DNA of 64,000 bases from Basidiobolus meristosporus CBS 931.73 (lineage: Eukaryota > Fungi > Basidiobolomycota). Below are positions 13,677-26,276 of the stretch, one piece after another. The stretch covers positions 62,001 through 126,000 of the forward strand of contig MCFE01000063.1 in the NCBI GenBank assembly GCA_002104905.1. Reading direction: 5' to 3'. A program made the position numbers and the translations under genes. The notes under the pieces were generated by a model. That model saw only the letters and a program-made list of their open reading frames with translations. It was not told the origin of the DNA and searched no databases. The stretch's first letter is position 1; the number at the start of each line of letters is the position of its first letter.

Positions 13677-16359
13677 CGAGCTGTCACTCTCTGCAATGTC
13701 TACTACTGCTATTACTGGAATTTTTCCCTCTGCTGAAAAGTTGGATGGATCTATCTACCAAGTGTGGAAGGTGAAGATGAAGATGCTGCTGCAAGAAAGA
13801 GGCCTTTGGGATATTGTCATGGGAGAAGAATGCCCTCCTAAAAACGTGGGAGAGGAAGCCTTAAAGTACCAGAAGAAAGAACAAAGAGCCTTTAACTGCA
13901 TTTGCCTTAATGTCAAGGACAAATTGCTAATTCAATGCTCAAGAGCAAAAACGGCAAAGAATGCCTGGAAGGCATTAGAAGACACCTACCAGTCATGTTC
14001 AGCTGCCAAGAAAATGTATCTGAGAAGAAAATTCTTTACTACAAAGATGCTGCCAGGAGAAGAAATGAAAAATCTAATTAACAGAATTACCCTGCTGGTA
14101 GATGAGATGGAATCTGTGGGCGTACCAACTACTGATGAGGATGTGATAGTTACCATCCTGAATAGCCTGACAGACGAGTTTCAGGGCCTTGTATCAGCCC
14201 TAGAGTCCAGAACTGAAGATTTGACCTTAAATTACGTATATGGAAGGCTCCTGGATGAAGAATTAAGAAAATCAAGCGCCAATAAGAAGGAAGAAGAAAA
14301 TGCTTTAATAAGCAATGATAACCAACAAAGGAGGTACCCAAGACCCTACAAAGGCAACAACAACCTATTTTGCAACTACTGCAAAAGGAAAGGACACACA
14401 TCAGACCGGTGTTTCAAAAAGAGAGATTATCAGCAAAAGAAGCCTGAATATGGAAATGCTGCCACAACTGAAGATAGACTATTCATATCTGCACTAAATA
14501 TGACCACAAACAAGGATTCTCAGACGTGTTATATTGACTCTGGAGCTTCTCAACACTTTACACACCAAAAAGAACTTTTTACTCAATATCAAGAAATTCC
14601 AATTAAGAAGGTTTTCATGGGTGACGATAGAACACTTGATGCAGTGGGAGAAGGAACTATCCAAGTAAACCTTAGAAGCAGTGAAGGAAGCCATACACTG
14701 ACCTTTAAAGAAGTACTCTATGTACCAGAAATAGCCAAGAACCTACTCTCTGTAAGCAAGGCCACAGCAGAAGGACTCAGTTTCAGTTTTGACAATTCTG
14801 GATGCAGGATCACTGATCAAAATGGTGCTCATATTGCTTCGGGCATCAGAGATCAGAACCTATACAAGTTGACTTATATTCCATCATATCTGGAAGCCAA
14901 TATAAGTAACTTAAATGAAGAAACACCAATGCTTTGGCACAGGAGATTTGGACACATCAATTTTGATTATTTGCGCAAAATGATCAAAGATCAGCTAATT
15001 TCTGGAGTGAAAATTGATCCCCCAGCTAATTTGGAGCACTGTGAAGCCTGCATTTATGGGAAACAAGCCAGACAACCGTTCAAGAGCTCTGGGTTAATCA
15101 AAACTAAGAAAAAATTAGATCTAATTCACTCAGATCTGTGTGGACCTATGCAAAATTTATCCTTAGGCGGGATGAAGTATTTAATCACTTTTATTGATGA
15201 TTATACAAGATACACATGGGTCTACTTCATGGAGAGAAAGGAAGAAGCTCTGTCTAAGCTCAGGGAGTTTAAAGCCATGGTGGAGAGAGAAACTGGTGAA
15301 AAAATCAAGAAAATACGCTCTGACAATGGTGGAGAATATACCTCAAAACTCTTCATCCACTTCTGCAAAATTCATGGGATAAAGCAAGAGACTACTGTAC
15401 CATACTCCCCACAGCAAAATGGAGTAGCAGAACAAGCTAACAGATCAATAATTGATATGGCAAGATCTATGATCCATGATCAAAAATTATCCTATGATTT
15501 TTGGGCGGAATCAGTTGCCACTGCTGTATACCTTAAAAATAGGAGTTATAACAGAATACTTCGTGATTCTACTCCATTTGAAGCATGGTATGGATACAGA
15601 CCAAGTGCAGAACATCTAAGAATATTTGGGTGCACAGCATATGCCAAAAAACTGGCCGGAAATCAGTCAAAATTTGAGCCAAAAAGTGTAAAATGCATAT
15701 TTTTGGGCTACTGCAATGAGAGTAAGGCATACAGACTCTACAATACCGAAGCAAAGAAGCTTATCAAGTCCAGGGATGTGTTGTTTGATGAAAATTCAAA
15801 ATTTTCACAAAAAATGACATCAGATGATGACGAAAATTTGATCTCAAGTCCACCAATTGTCAGGATTGAATCAGAGCAAAACAATGAAAATTTTTTCACT
15901 CCAGAGGACTCTACAACCGTGGTTCAGCCAGAATCAGTGCCCAGGAATATCCCAGAAGTGATCATTCCAGTATCAAATGCCCGGAGATCCAATCGGACAA
16001 GAAATAGCCCAAATTACTATATCAATGAGGGTACAAACTTAGCCTATGCCTATTCAGTCCATATTGATGAACCCCAGACTGTAAAAGAGGCCCTAAATAG
16101 CCCTCAGACGAAGTTTTGGAGATCTGCAATGACTGAGGAATATCAGGCCCTGATGGAAAATCAAACTTGGGACTTAGTCAAATTACCAATCAACCAAAAA
16201 TCAATTGGATGCAGATGGGTCTTCAAGACAAAATACAAGGCTGATGGTACAATTGAAAGATACAAAGCAAGACTTGTAGCCAAAGGATACTCTCAAACAA
16301 AAGGACTTGACTATACTGAGACCTTTGCACCGGTAGCCAGTTTAATTCCATCAGATTAA
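13669..16359 (+). CDS. Copia Gag-PR-IN polyprotein of C2, ending prematurely in early RT by a 1-bp deletion
   Basis: Open frame with KLDGSIYQVWKVKM, CCHC knuckle, DSGAS, HSDLCGP, SDNGGEY and NGVAE. It ends ETFAPVASLIPSD* where other copies read ETFAPVAKFNSIRL. The start codon (13669 or 13696) is uncertain. Confidence 0.9.
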   Translation: MSPELSLSAMSTTAITGIFPSAEKLDGSIYQVWKVKMKMLLQERGLWDIVMGEECPPKNVGEEALKYQKKEQRAFNCICLNVKDKLLIQCSRAKTAKNAWKALEDTYQSCSAAKKMYLRRKFFTTKMLPGEEMKNLINRITLLVDEMESVGVPTTDEDVIVTILNSLTDEFQGLVSALESRTEDLTLNYVYGRLLDEELRKSSANKKEEENALISNDNQQRRYPRPYKGNNNLFCNYCKRKGHTSDRCFKKRDYQQKKPEYGNAATTEDRLFISALNMTTNKDSQTCYIDSGASQHFTHQKELFTQYQEIPIKKVFMGDDRTLDAVGEGTIQVNLRSSEGSHTLTFKEVLYVPEIAKNLLSVSKATAEGLSFSFDNSGCRITDQNGAHIASGIRDQNLYKLTYIPSYLEANISNLNEETPMLWHRRFGHINFDYLRKMIKDQLISGVKIDPPANLEHCEACIYGKQARQPFKSSGLIKTKKKLDLIHSDLCGPMQNLSLGGMKYLITFIDDYTRYTWVYFMERKEEALSKLREFKAMVERETGEKIKKIRSDNGGEYTSKLFIHFCKIHGIKQETTVPYSPQQNGVAEQANRSIIDMARSMIHDQKLSYDFWAESVATAVYLKNRSYNRILRDSTPFEAWYGYRPSAEHLRIFGCTAYAKKLAGNQSKFEPKSVKCIFLGYCNESKAYRLYNTEAKKLIKSRDVLFDENSKFSQKMTSDDDENLISSPPIVRIESEQNNENFFTPEDSTTVVQPESVPRNIPEVIIPVSNARRSNRTRNSPNYYINEGTNLAYAYSVHIDEPQTVKEALNSPQTKFWRSAMTEEYQALMENQTWDLVKLPINQKSIGCRWVFKTKYKADGTIERYKARLVAKGYSQTKGLDYTETFAPVASLIPSD

Positions 16360-16361
16360 TA

Positions 16362-17639
16362 TTGGCTATTGCAGCCAAATATAAGTTTTTTATTCATCAA
16401 ATGGATGTAAAAACTGCATTTTTGAATGAAGAACTTGATGAGGACGTGTATATGGACCAGCCTGATGGGTTTGTTGACCAAGATAACCCCCATTTGGTCT
16501 GCAAGCTTAAAAAGTCACTATATGGTCTCAAACAATCACCGAGAGCCTGGAATTGCAAGATAGATTCTTATTTGGAATCTTTGAGTTTCAAAAGGAGTAA
16601 TGCTGACTATAGTATATACTATAAGCCAGATAGAGCAAATCCAGTTCTATTAGCTCTATATGTGGATGATCTTATTATAGCCGCCAATAACCTAGAAACA
16701 TTGGAAGAGACTAAATCCAGCCTATCTAAGGAGTTCAAGATGTCCGATCTAGGAGAACTTAGTTACTACTTAGGGATTAAGTTCTCCATAGACAGAAGTA
16801 CCCAGACTATTACCCTAAGCCAATCCAAGTATATTCAAGATATACTAAAGAAGTACCAAATGGAAGACTGTAAACCGGCAGCTACCCCAATGGAGACAAA
16901 CCTTAACTTGGTCAAAACTCAACCAAATCAAGAGAGCTTGGTGCCATCTGAAAGCCCTGACTTTCCTTATCAATCTATGGTCGGCAGTCTGATGTATATC
17001 ATGCTTGGAACACGTCCAGATATCTCATATTCAGTGGGAGTTGTCAGCCAACATAATCAGAACTATGGATCTGATCATATTGCAGCAGTTAAGCGGATTT
17101 TTAGATACCTAAAAGGAACTGCTGATATCTGCTTAAGATACACTTATAAGGATTCAGAACAGGATCTTGTGGGATACTCTGATGCTGATTGGGGACGAAA
17201 TTTAGAAGACAGAAGATCCACCACAGGATACACCTTTCTTTACTGTAAAGGAGCCATTTCATGGAATTCAAGAAAGCAACCAACCGTAGCACTTTCTACT
17301 ACAGAGGCAGAGTATATGGCAGCCTGTGAAGCTACAAAAGAAGCAATGTGGTTAAGAAAGCTCTTTACAGATTTAGGCCTATGTCAAAAAACGCCTATTA
17401 CTTTATTTCAAGATAATCAAGGATGTATACAATTAGGTAGAAATCCAACTTTTCATGCTAGAACCAAGCACATAGATATTAGACATCATTTCATACGTGA
17501 AGCTATAGAGAATAACTTAGTTAGCTTAGTTTACTGTCCTACAGATGAAATGATTGCAGACATATTTACCAAACCATTAGCTAGAGACAAGTTTGAATAT
17601 TTTAGGTCAAAATTAGGACTAGTCAGTATGAACATTTAG
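16362..17639 (+). CDS. Copia RT-RNase H part of C2 pol (frameshifted from the upstream ORF)
   Basis: HQMDVKTAFL, LKKSLYGLKQSPRAW, LYVDDL, YSDADW, TKHIDIRHHF; no stops over 425 codons. Confidence 0.9.
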   Translation: MAIAAKYKFFIHQMDVKTAFLNEELDEDVYMDQPDGFVDQDNPHLVCKLKKSLYGLKQSPRAWNCKIDSYLESLSFKRSNADYSIYYKPDRANPVLLALYVDDLIIAANNLETLEETKSSLSKEFKMSDLGELSYYLGIKFSIDRSTQTITLSQSKYIQDILKKYQMEDCKPAATPMETNLNLVKTQPNQESLVPSESPDFPYQSMVGSLMYIMLGTRPDISYSVGVVSQHNQNYGSDHIAAVKRIFRYLKGTADICLRYTYKDSEQDLVGYSDADWGRNLEDRRSTTGYTFLYCKGAISWNSRKQPTVALSTTEAEYMAACEATKEAMWLRKLFTDLGLCQKTPITLFQDNQGCIQLGRNPTFHARTKHIDIRHHFIREAIENNLVSLVYCPTDEMIADIFTKPLARDKFEYFRSKLGLVSMNI

Positions 17640-18000
17640 CTGAGTGGGAGTGTTGTAAAAAATCGTATTTTCCACCCAAATATTCACCTAACTTAGTCAC
17701 TTAGATCATCACCTTCAAATCCTAGAGAATACTGACCAAATTCCTTGTCGGGATTTACTTAGAATATTTTCACCAAAATACCAGGTACCCAGAACATGAA
17801 AATTCTCAAAGTTGTCCAAACAGCCCCAAACTTTGCACACATGTTCTTGGGACCTTCCTTAACCTATTCTACGTGTTTGTAATGCCAAGACCATGTAAAA
17901 GTATAAATACTACTTTTACATTCAATAAATCATTAAGTGAAAACCACATAATCTACTTGTTCTCCAAATCACTTCCAATATCTCCAAGACTCTTACAACA

Positions 18001-19250
18001 GGCTCCATAAGGTGTGCAGACAGGAAAATTACTTTATGGGCTTTAGCAGGCACCTATAGTATAGCATAACAAGAATGACATATATCTAGAGGAGATTGGG
18101 CTCATTTGCAGCACTGCATATCACAATGTACATGTGAACCAACTTACACTGATTGGGATCTTGCTAGTTTGTTATGTGTACAGCCTAATAATAGCTACAT
18201 GTGACCAAGAGGCACCTAAACAGACAAAATTAGATTTCTTCAGCAAGTTAGATATGGAAAATCTTGGAAAATTGAGCTAGTTTCTTGAAATTGAAGTCAT
18301 ATTTGACATACCTACACAGGAAATTGTGCTAAACTGGTCTAAGTACATCAAGAACATTCTTAGATGCTTAAAAATGGAAAATTGCAAGCCTGCAGCCATC
18401 CCCATGGACAATCACCTGAAACTGAGCAAATCAAGGCCAGTTTTAGGTGAAACAGGCTCTGATATGGACCAAAACCTTCCTAGCAATCAATGGTTGATAG
18501 CCTGATATATTTGATGGTATCCACATGTCCAGCTGTTGCAGGAGCAGTTGGAATAGCTAGTCAATTCATGCAAAATTATGGATCAGATCAAATGACAGCA
18601 GTTAAGTGGATTTTCATACATCTACAAGGTGCCATAAATATGGTACTGAAATACTCTGGAGCAGCTAATAGGTAAATCTTGATGGATATAGTGAGTCAAA
18701 TTGGGGTAGGGATCTGACTGCTATATGCAGTACCATTGGGTATATATTTCTTTATTGCTGGTGCAACCATTACTTGGAATTGGAAGAAACAACCAACTGT
18801 GGCCCTATCTACAAATGAAGCTGAGTATATAGATGCTGGTCAAGCAGCTAAGGAGGCCATATGGGTGCAAAAATTACTCAAAGACTTAGGTTTAACTCAG
18901 ATGAACCAACATGTATTTGCAAGGATGATCACAGTTGTATTTCACTAGCTAGGAACTCTACTGATCATTCCAGAACTTAGCACATAGATATACAACACCA
19001 CTTTGTGAGGTGAGCTGTAGAAAATAATTAATAGAGATAGTTTACTGCCCAACTGACAAAATGATGGCAGATATATTGATAAAACCACTAGCTAAGCCAC
19101 AGTTTAAGACTCTCAGTAAAGTATTGACTAAACAATTATGGACTAGTCTTGGTTACTGTAGACCAGCCTACAGCCCTAACTTTGCCACTCTCTTCAGATC
19201 TATGATCCTATGATTATTCCCCTATAGTCAAGATCAAATGGGTTGTTTCA
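18001..19250 (+). mobile_element. Continuation of old copia C6 (RT/RNase H) ending in a fragment of a second LTR family
   Basis: Resumes the RT after the TSD; YQSMVDSLIYL and ITWNWKKQPTVALSTNEAEY. 19135-19250 matches the solo LTR at 25553-25921. Confidence 0.8.
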
Positions 19251-19299
19251 TGTCATCATATGGCTTCTTCCTCATGTTGAAGAATTCTTGTTTTATATA

Positions 19300-19455
19300 A
19301 AGCTTGCTTGATACTGACTTTACTCTAAAGATCTTCTCCAAGGATTCCCATGCTGTTTGGCAGTATATGGAGCATGAATTGGTCCAATGAAGGAATCTTG
19401 CACATTGACACATATGGCATCAATGGCCTTTTGCTCCTTCTCTTGAAACTTTTTC
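19300..19455 (-). pseudogene. Copia gag fragment
   Basis: KFQEKEQKAIDAICVNVQDSFIG resembles the C2 gag segment KYQKKEQRAFNCICLNVKDKLLI. Confidence 0.55.
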
Positions 19456-22434
19456 ACTTCTAATTTGGAGCACTGCGAAGCCTGCATATATGGGAAACAA
19501 GCCAGACAACCATTGAAGAGCTCTGGGTTAATCAAAACTATGAAAAGTTAGATCTAATTCACTCAGATCTGTGTGGACCTATGCAAAATTTATCCTTAGG
19601 TGGGATGAAGTATTTCATCACTTTTATTGGCAATTATACAAGATACATATGGGTCTACTTCATGGAGAGAAAGGAAAAAGCTCTGTCTAAGCTCAGGGAG
19701 TTTAAAGCCATGGTGGAGAGAGAAACTGGTGAAAAAATCAAGAAAATACGCTCTGACTATGGTGGAGAATATACCTCAAAACTCTTCATCCACTTCTGCA
19801 AAATTCATGGGATAAAGCAAGCAACTACTGTACCATACTCCCCACAGCAAAGTGGAGTAGCAGAATGCGCTAACAGATCAATAAATGATATGGCAAGATC
19901 TATGATCCATGATTAAAAATTATCCTATGATTTTTGGGTGAAATCAGTTGCCACTGCTGTATACCTTGAAAATAGGAGTTATAACAGAATACTTTGTGAT
20001 TCTACTCCATTTGAAGCATGGTATGGATACAGACCAAGTGCAGAACATCTAAGAATATTTGGGTGTACAGCATATGGCAAAAAACTGGCCGGAAATCAGT
20101 CAAAATTTGAGCCAAAAAGCGTAAAATGCATATTTTTGGGCTACTACAATGAGAGTAAGGCATACAAACTCTAAAATACCAAAGCAAAGAAGCTGATCAA
20201 GTACAGGGATGTGCTGTTTGATGAAAATTCAAAATTTTCACAAAAAATGACATCAATATGATGACAAAAGCTTGATCTCAAGTCCACCAATTGTCAGGAT
20301 TGAATGAGAGCAAAACAATGAAAATTTTTTCACTCCAGAGGACTCTACAGCTGTGGTTAAGCCAGAATTAGTGCCCAGGAATATCCCAGAAGTGATCATT
20401 CCAGTACTAAATGCCTGGAGATCCAATTGGATAAGTCTAGCCCAAATTAATATATCAATGAGGGTACAAACTTAGCCTATGCCTATTCAGTCCATATTGA
20501 TGAGCCCCAGACTATAAAAGAGGCCCTAATTAGCCCTCAGACAAAGTTTTGGAGATCTGCAATGACTGAGGAATATCAGGCCCTGATGGAAAATCAAACT
20601 TGTGACTTAGTCAAATTACCAGTCATCCAAAAATCTATTGGATGCAGATGGGTCTTCAAGACAAAACACAAGGCTGATGGTTCAATTGAAAGATACAAAG
20701 CAAAACTTGTATCCAAAGGATACTCTCAAACAAAAGGAATTGACTATACTGAGACCTTTGCACCAGTAGCCAAGTTTAATTCCATCAGATTGATATTGGT
20801 TATTGCGGCCAAATATAAGTTTTTTATTCACCAAATGGATGTAAAAACTGCATTCTTGAATGGAGAACTTGATGAGGATGTGTACATGGACCAGCCTGAT
20901 GGGTTTGTTGACCAAGATAACCCCCATTTGGTCTGCACACTTAAAAAGTCACTATATGGTCTCAAACAATCACCAACAGCCTGAGATTACAAGATAGATT
21001 CTTATTTGGAATCTTTGAGTTTCAAAAGAAGTAATGCCAACTATAGTATATACTATAAGCCAGATAGAGCAAATCCAGTTCTATTAGCTCTATATGTGGA
21101 TGATCTTATTATAGCTGCCAATAACCTAGAAACATTGGAAGAGACTAAATCTAGCCTATCTAAGGAGTTCAAGATGTCCAATCTAGGAGAACTTAGTTAC
21201 TACTTAGGGATTAAGTTCTCCATAGACAGAAGTACCCAGACTATCACCCTAAGTCAATCCAAGTATATTCAACATATACTAAAGAAGTACGAAATGGAGG
21301 ATTGTAAACCGGCAGCTACACCAATGGAGACAAACCTTAACTTGGTCAAGACTTAACCAAATTAAGAGAGCTTAGTGCCATCTGAAAGCCCTGACTTTCC
21401 TTATCAATTTATGGCTGGTAGTCTGATGTATATCATGCTTGGAACATGTCCAGATATCTCATATTCAGTGGGAGTTGTCAGCCAACATAATCAGCACTAT
21501 GAATCTGATCATATTGCAGCAGTTAAGCGGATTTTTAGATACCTAAAAGGAACTGCTGATATCTGCTTAATATACACTTCTAAGGACTCAGAACAGGATC
21601 TGGTGGGATACTCTGATGCTGATTGGGGACAGAATTTAGAAGACAGACAATCCACCACAGGATACACCTTTCATTATTGTGAAGGAGCAATTTCATGGAA
21701 CTCAAGAAAGCAACCAACCGTAGCACTTTCCACCACAGAGGCAGAGTATATGGCAGCCTGTGAAGCTACAAAAGAAGCAATGTGGTTAAGAAAGCTTTTT
21801 ACAGATTTAGGTCTATGTTAAAAAACGCCTATTACTTTATTTCAAGATAATCAAGGATGTATACAATTAGGTAGAAATCAAACTTTTCAAGCTAGAACTA
21901 AGCATATAGAAATTAGACATCATTTCATACAAGAAGCTATAGACAATGACTTGGTTACCTTAGTTAACTGTCCTACAGATGAAATGATTGCAGACATATT
22001 TACCAAACCATTAGCTGGAGACATGTTTGAATATCTTAGGTCAAAATTAGGACTAGTCAGTATGAACATTTAGCTGAGTGGGAGTGTTGTAAAAATTTGT
22101 ATTTCCACCTAAATATTCACCTAACTTAGTCACTTAGATCATCACCTTCAAATCCTAGAGAATACTGTCCAAAATTCCTTGTCAGGATTTACTTGGAATA
22201 TTTTCACCAAAACACCAGGTATCCAGAACATGAAAATTCTCAAAGTTGTCCAAACAGCCCCAAACTTTGCACACATGCTCTTGGGACCTTTCTTAATCTA
22301 CTTTACATGTTTGCTATGCCCAGACCAGGTAAAAGTATCAATACTACTTTAACATTCAATAAATCATTAAGTGAAAACCACATAATCCACTTATTCTCCA
22401 AATCACTTCCAATATCTCCAAGACTCTTACAAGA
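19456..22434 (+). mobile_element. 5'-truncated copia C3 (IN-RT-RH plus 3' LTR 22085-22434)
   Basis: Near-continuous identity to C2 15030-18000 with multiple stops; PPT TGAGTGGGAG. Confidence 0.95.
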
Positions 22435-22590
22435 ATTATAACCTCTCTGAGTATTCATTGTGGGCTTCCCAACTCCAAGATAGCTGAGTCTTAGTCAATG
22501 TCAATCTTGATGGCTTCATCAATAGTCTGAGGACATTGATTACACTTCCGTACTAGTTCTTTCTATCAACACATCAATTTATTATTCAAC
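22435..22590 (-). pseudogene. Gypsy gag fragment homologous to 30170-30330
   Basis: Shares tgggcttcccaactcca..atagctgagtc..agtcaatg..tattcaacttgatccag with the G1 gag. Confidence 0.7.
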
Positions 22591-25552
22591 TTGATCCAGT
22601 GGATCCATTCTTGAATGGCCATCAGGATCCTGCAACATGTCTGTCACAATATTGGCAGCTTAGAGTTGTTAATCCTCTGCCAAGTCCTACAATTAGATTG
22701 TTAAGCTGTTTTGCTGATCATATTGCAAAATAAAGTTAAAAACTTGACAGTGATTTAGTGGTCTCTTGACAGGAATTGCATGGCAATATTGCAGTTGCAA
22801 TGTGCTCTGCATTTATTTGAGCAGACCTCATCCACCAATACATCCTACTTGCCTTTTTTGTCAAGAAGCTTGATGGTGTTCCAACAGCCTCATTGCAAAT
22901 CTCTATGGCATTGCCATAGCAATACAGTAGCCTACAGCCAGTTCTGTATTATACTACAGTACCAATGTACCAAATAGTATTTCCTTTTCTATTCCCCCTT
23001 GCACCATTCATATTACCACTGTATATTCACCCTTTGTACTTGCTTACCCACTACTACCTTGAGTATTCCACATACAGTTCAAATCAAAAAATTTGGCCTC
23101 CAGCTTACTAACTGTTGCATATTTACACACCTGGGGCAATTGACACCTTTTTATTATGTCAGCTTTATGGCTTTTCAGCATGATACTTGCAAAGTTGCCA
23201 TAGATCTGGTATTGCCAGTAACCTATACAACTAGCCAATTTTTGCTTGTTGCCACCACTTTTGCCATGAATACCTCCTGAAAATTTGCAAACAACTTACT
23301 GGTATTTAGCCCATATGTTCCTTCTCCCTGCAAGACTCTAGTCCTCTTTATAAGTTTATTCTGGCTCTTGTTTATGTGAATTATATATTGAATGGCATTG
23401 AAGCTGGCTTGTGACCAAGCTTCTTAATGCTAAAGGCATAGTTGTTGCCATGTGCACAATTGTCCCCAATATTTCTTTGCTACCCCTGTTTGTCCTCCAT
23501 GTGCCAGCTCATCAGATCCATGACAGACTTGAAGATGTTAGTATTGGCAAGATTGGTATATGATAGTACCTGCAACTAGACTTATCTTCCTATCTCCCCA
23601 CACATCTGCTCCATAGGAAACTCCCAAAAGGTGAAGTAAGGCCCAATAATCTCCACACAACCAGCAAGATGGAGTAGAGAATGAACACAGCGGCAGCAGA
23701 GATCTAAGGATTCAGCTATATGCCTGTAGTATAGCCACTCAAATTCTGTCACAAAATCCTTGCAAAAAGCTGTAGACAAGTCAAGTTGGTATTTGTGATC
23801 TGCTTCTGGATAAATATTCCTTCTCTATCAACTAATAACACCCATAATTTCAATGTATTCTAGGTAGAAATGGCTTAAGAATGCCACCTGAATATATACA
23901 TATCCAGTTCCTACAGTCATTGCATTTGTACTTTTGCATGTGTAAGGATATTAGTTCAAGCCTGTGAGAAGAACTTTGGGTAGTGGTTACTCTATAATAT
24001 CTTGCTAATTCTTTCAAACTTCTCTGGCTTCTCACATTGCTCACTAAAGTTGAGATGCCCCATATTCAATTTGGCTATTAGAATGGTAAAGCTATTTAGA
24101 AGCAAATGCCTTGCTCTTGGTTGAAAGCTTTTTCTCCAACAGATACACTCCATTTGAGATATCTCTGGCTTCCAATTAATTCAACATCTTGGCCAATGGC
24201 TTATAGCTTGCCAACTATGCTGCAATTGTATGCTGACTTCTGCACCTTCACTCTGTAGGAAAATGATGTTCTTAGTGTTGGTGGTTGGATAATAATAATG
24301 TTTGTGAGTTGTAGAGTAAATCCTATGTATCTCTCACAGTTGACAATAATAATCCATTGTGCCCAGAAAAGCCAGTTATCTTGCTGATGGCTGGGGTATC
24401 TCCAATGCAGATTATTAAATGCACTTACATATGATGACCATATAGTAGTATCCTACTGGAAAGCATACAAAACTCATCAAGTAATGGATACAAGTAGCTA
24501 TAAATATTGAATGATGATTTAAGCCCAGACACTAGTTAAACTACCATGCAATTTCTGATCAGATTTCTTAAGATATTCAGCATATTAAGGCAGATGAAAA
24601 TCAGTGGCCAGTAGGAATCCCTGATACAGTGCTTTTTCAATGTAAATCTATCAATTGTCAAGGCAAAGGCATGGTTGTATATACCTTTAAAGTGGCCCTT
24701 GCCTCTTAATTATGTGCAATATCTGCAATCCAATACAATGGAAGTGGTTTAGCTTGATTTATACTGAGTGCAATACCCAATAGCCTCACAATAGTAGAGG
24801 GACTGCCTTAGCTTCTCTAGACAGGGTACTGCTGGAATATATCCCAAGTGTGAGCACTGTTTTTCTCCTATAGTAGAGCACACCTGACTAGTTGGAGACC
24901 TTGCAATGGAATCATTTCTGATGTGAATGCTATGCAGCTGAAAGCACATGTGGTTATCATAACAGTCTCTGGGTCATATGTTGCCAGCTACATGATGGTT
25001 GTCCATTTATACCATGTACATGGTAAGTTGTATCCCAGGATGATTTTGGCAAGAAGTAGTATTAAAATCTCAAGGCTCCCATCACTGATATTAGCAGTAA
25101 CATCTCCCTTCTTGAGCCACAACATCATATCATTCACCATTAGATGGCTTACTGGGCTAACTTGGCTCCATAGAGTATCCTTGGCATATTTTCTACAGGG
25201 CTTTTCTTGTTGCATATTGTGATTTTGCCAGGCTCATGCTGGGTACTGTGGTTAGGGAAGTTAGGGTCAAAATCCATCAGAGAGCATTCTTCTGCAGCTC
25301 TATCACTGTGCATGCCATATTCAGATGGCTGAGATGAGCCTAAAGGCATCACTAACTTACCTGACTCAGTTTGCACAAGGTGAGAAGTACAACTGACACT
25401 ATAGCTATATAAAATGGCCAGCAGCTAGTGTGAGTCCTGTAGTAACTAATAATTGGTCAGATATGACTTGTGTGACAAACACTGGTCATGATCCTTGTAA
25501 TACTCACAATACTATCTCAATGCTTTATAACTGAGAAGCTTGTTGCAATAGC

Positions 25553-25921
25553 TGTTGAAATATTGGACTATTTGATATCATTCAGCTGCTAAAAATTTAC
25601 TAACAATTCTAGACTAGTCTTGGTCACTGTAGGACTTGTTTGCAGCCCCAACTCTGCCAGTTTCTTCACATCAATGATCCTATGATTACTCCCCTATAGC
25701 GAAGATCAAGTTGGCCCTTTTTACTAAACATTATGTACTAACCCTGAAACTGTTACAGTATGCTCCTGAATGTTAAGAAACTCCCCTTACTTAGTGTTAC
25801 AGCTGTATTACTTCTACAAAGGTATAAATACTGATCCTCATTATGAATAAACAACAGCTCAACTATTATCATCATATCTTGATAAGCTCCTTATATCCAA
25901 ATCACTTCTTAAAATGCAACA
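25553..25921 (+). mobile_element. Solo LTR, second family (369 bp)
   Basis: TGTTG...GCAACA with exact 5-bp TSD ATAGC. Fragments recur at 19135-19250 and ~40174-40222 (reverse). Confidence 0.85.
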
Positions 25922-26276
25922 ATAGCCACATGGTCTATTCTCTTCTCTATAGCGTTGAATCAAAGTAGTGCTCTCTAAGGGGCAAATAACTTGACACTCA
26001 AAAACATAGCACTATTATATCACTTTTTTGACAATACTCATGTGAGTGCAAGAAAGTGATTTATCTGAGACATTGCCCCTACAAAAGTGTATGATACTTT
26101 GCTAACCTGTCATAGTAGTCATTATAAATACAGTTGTATCTCCACATTCACACATATATATCATTACTTCCCCTTAGGTTTGTATAACTGCTATATGTAT
26201 GTCACTCCAACATAGCATTCTTTCCCAAGCTTGTTCTTGTATATGCAAAGATACTTCTCTGTCTTTGTAACTATTG

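Larger units (their letters stand above)
13316..18000 (+). mobile_element. Full-length young Ty1/copia element C2 (4685 bp)
   Basis: LTRs 13316-13664 and 17651-18000 differ by 1 substitution and 1 indel. Exact TSD GGCTC; PBS GGTTATGAGCCC; PPT TGAGTGGGAG. Confidence 0.98.

Noticed and set aside
3410-20187. Recurrent short antisense and alternative-frame ORFs (MLWYCRVCMP.., M.IIQ.T.GSTSW.., MASFTASKVY..)
   Set aside because: They recur only because the copia copies are near-identical. They are shadows of pol.
25541-25921. Apparent 7-bp perfect TIR TGTTGCA...TGCAACA
   Set aside because: The left motif is host transposase sequence. The ATAGC duplication places the LTR start at 25553.
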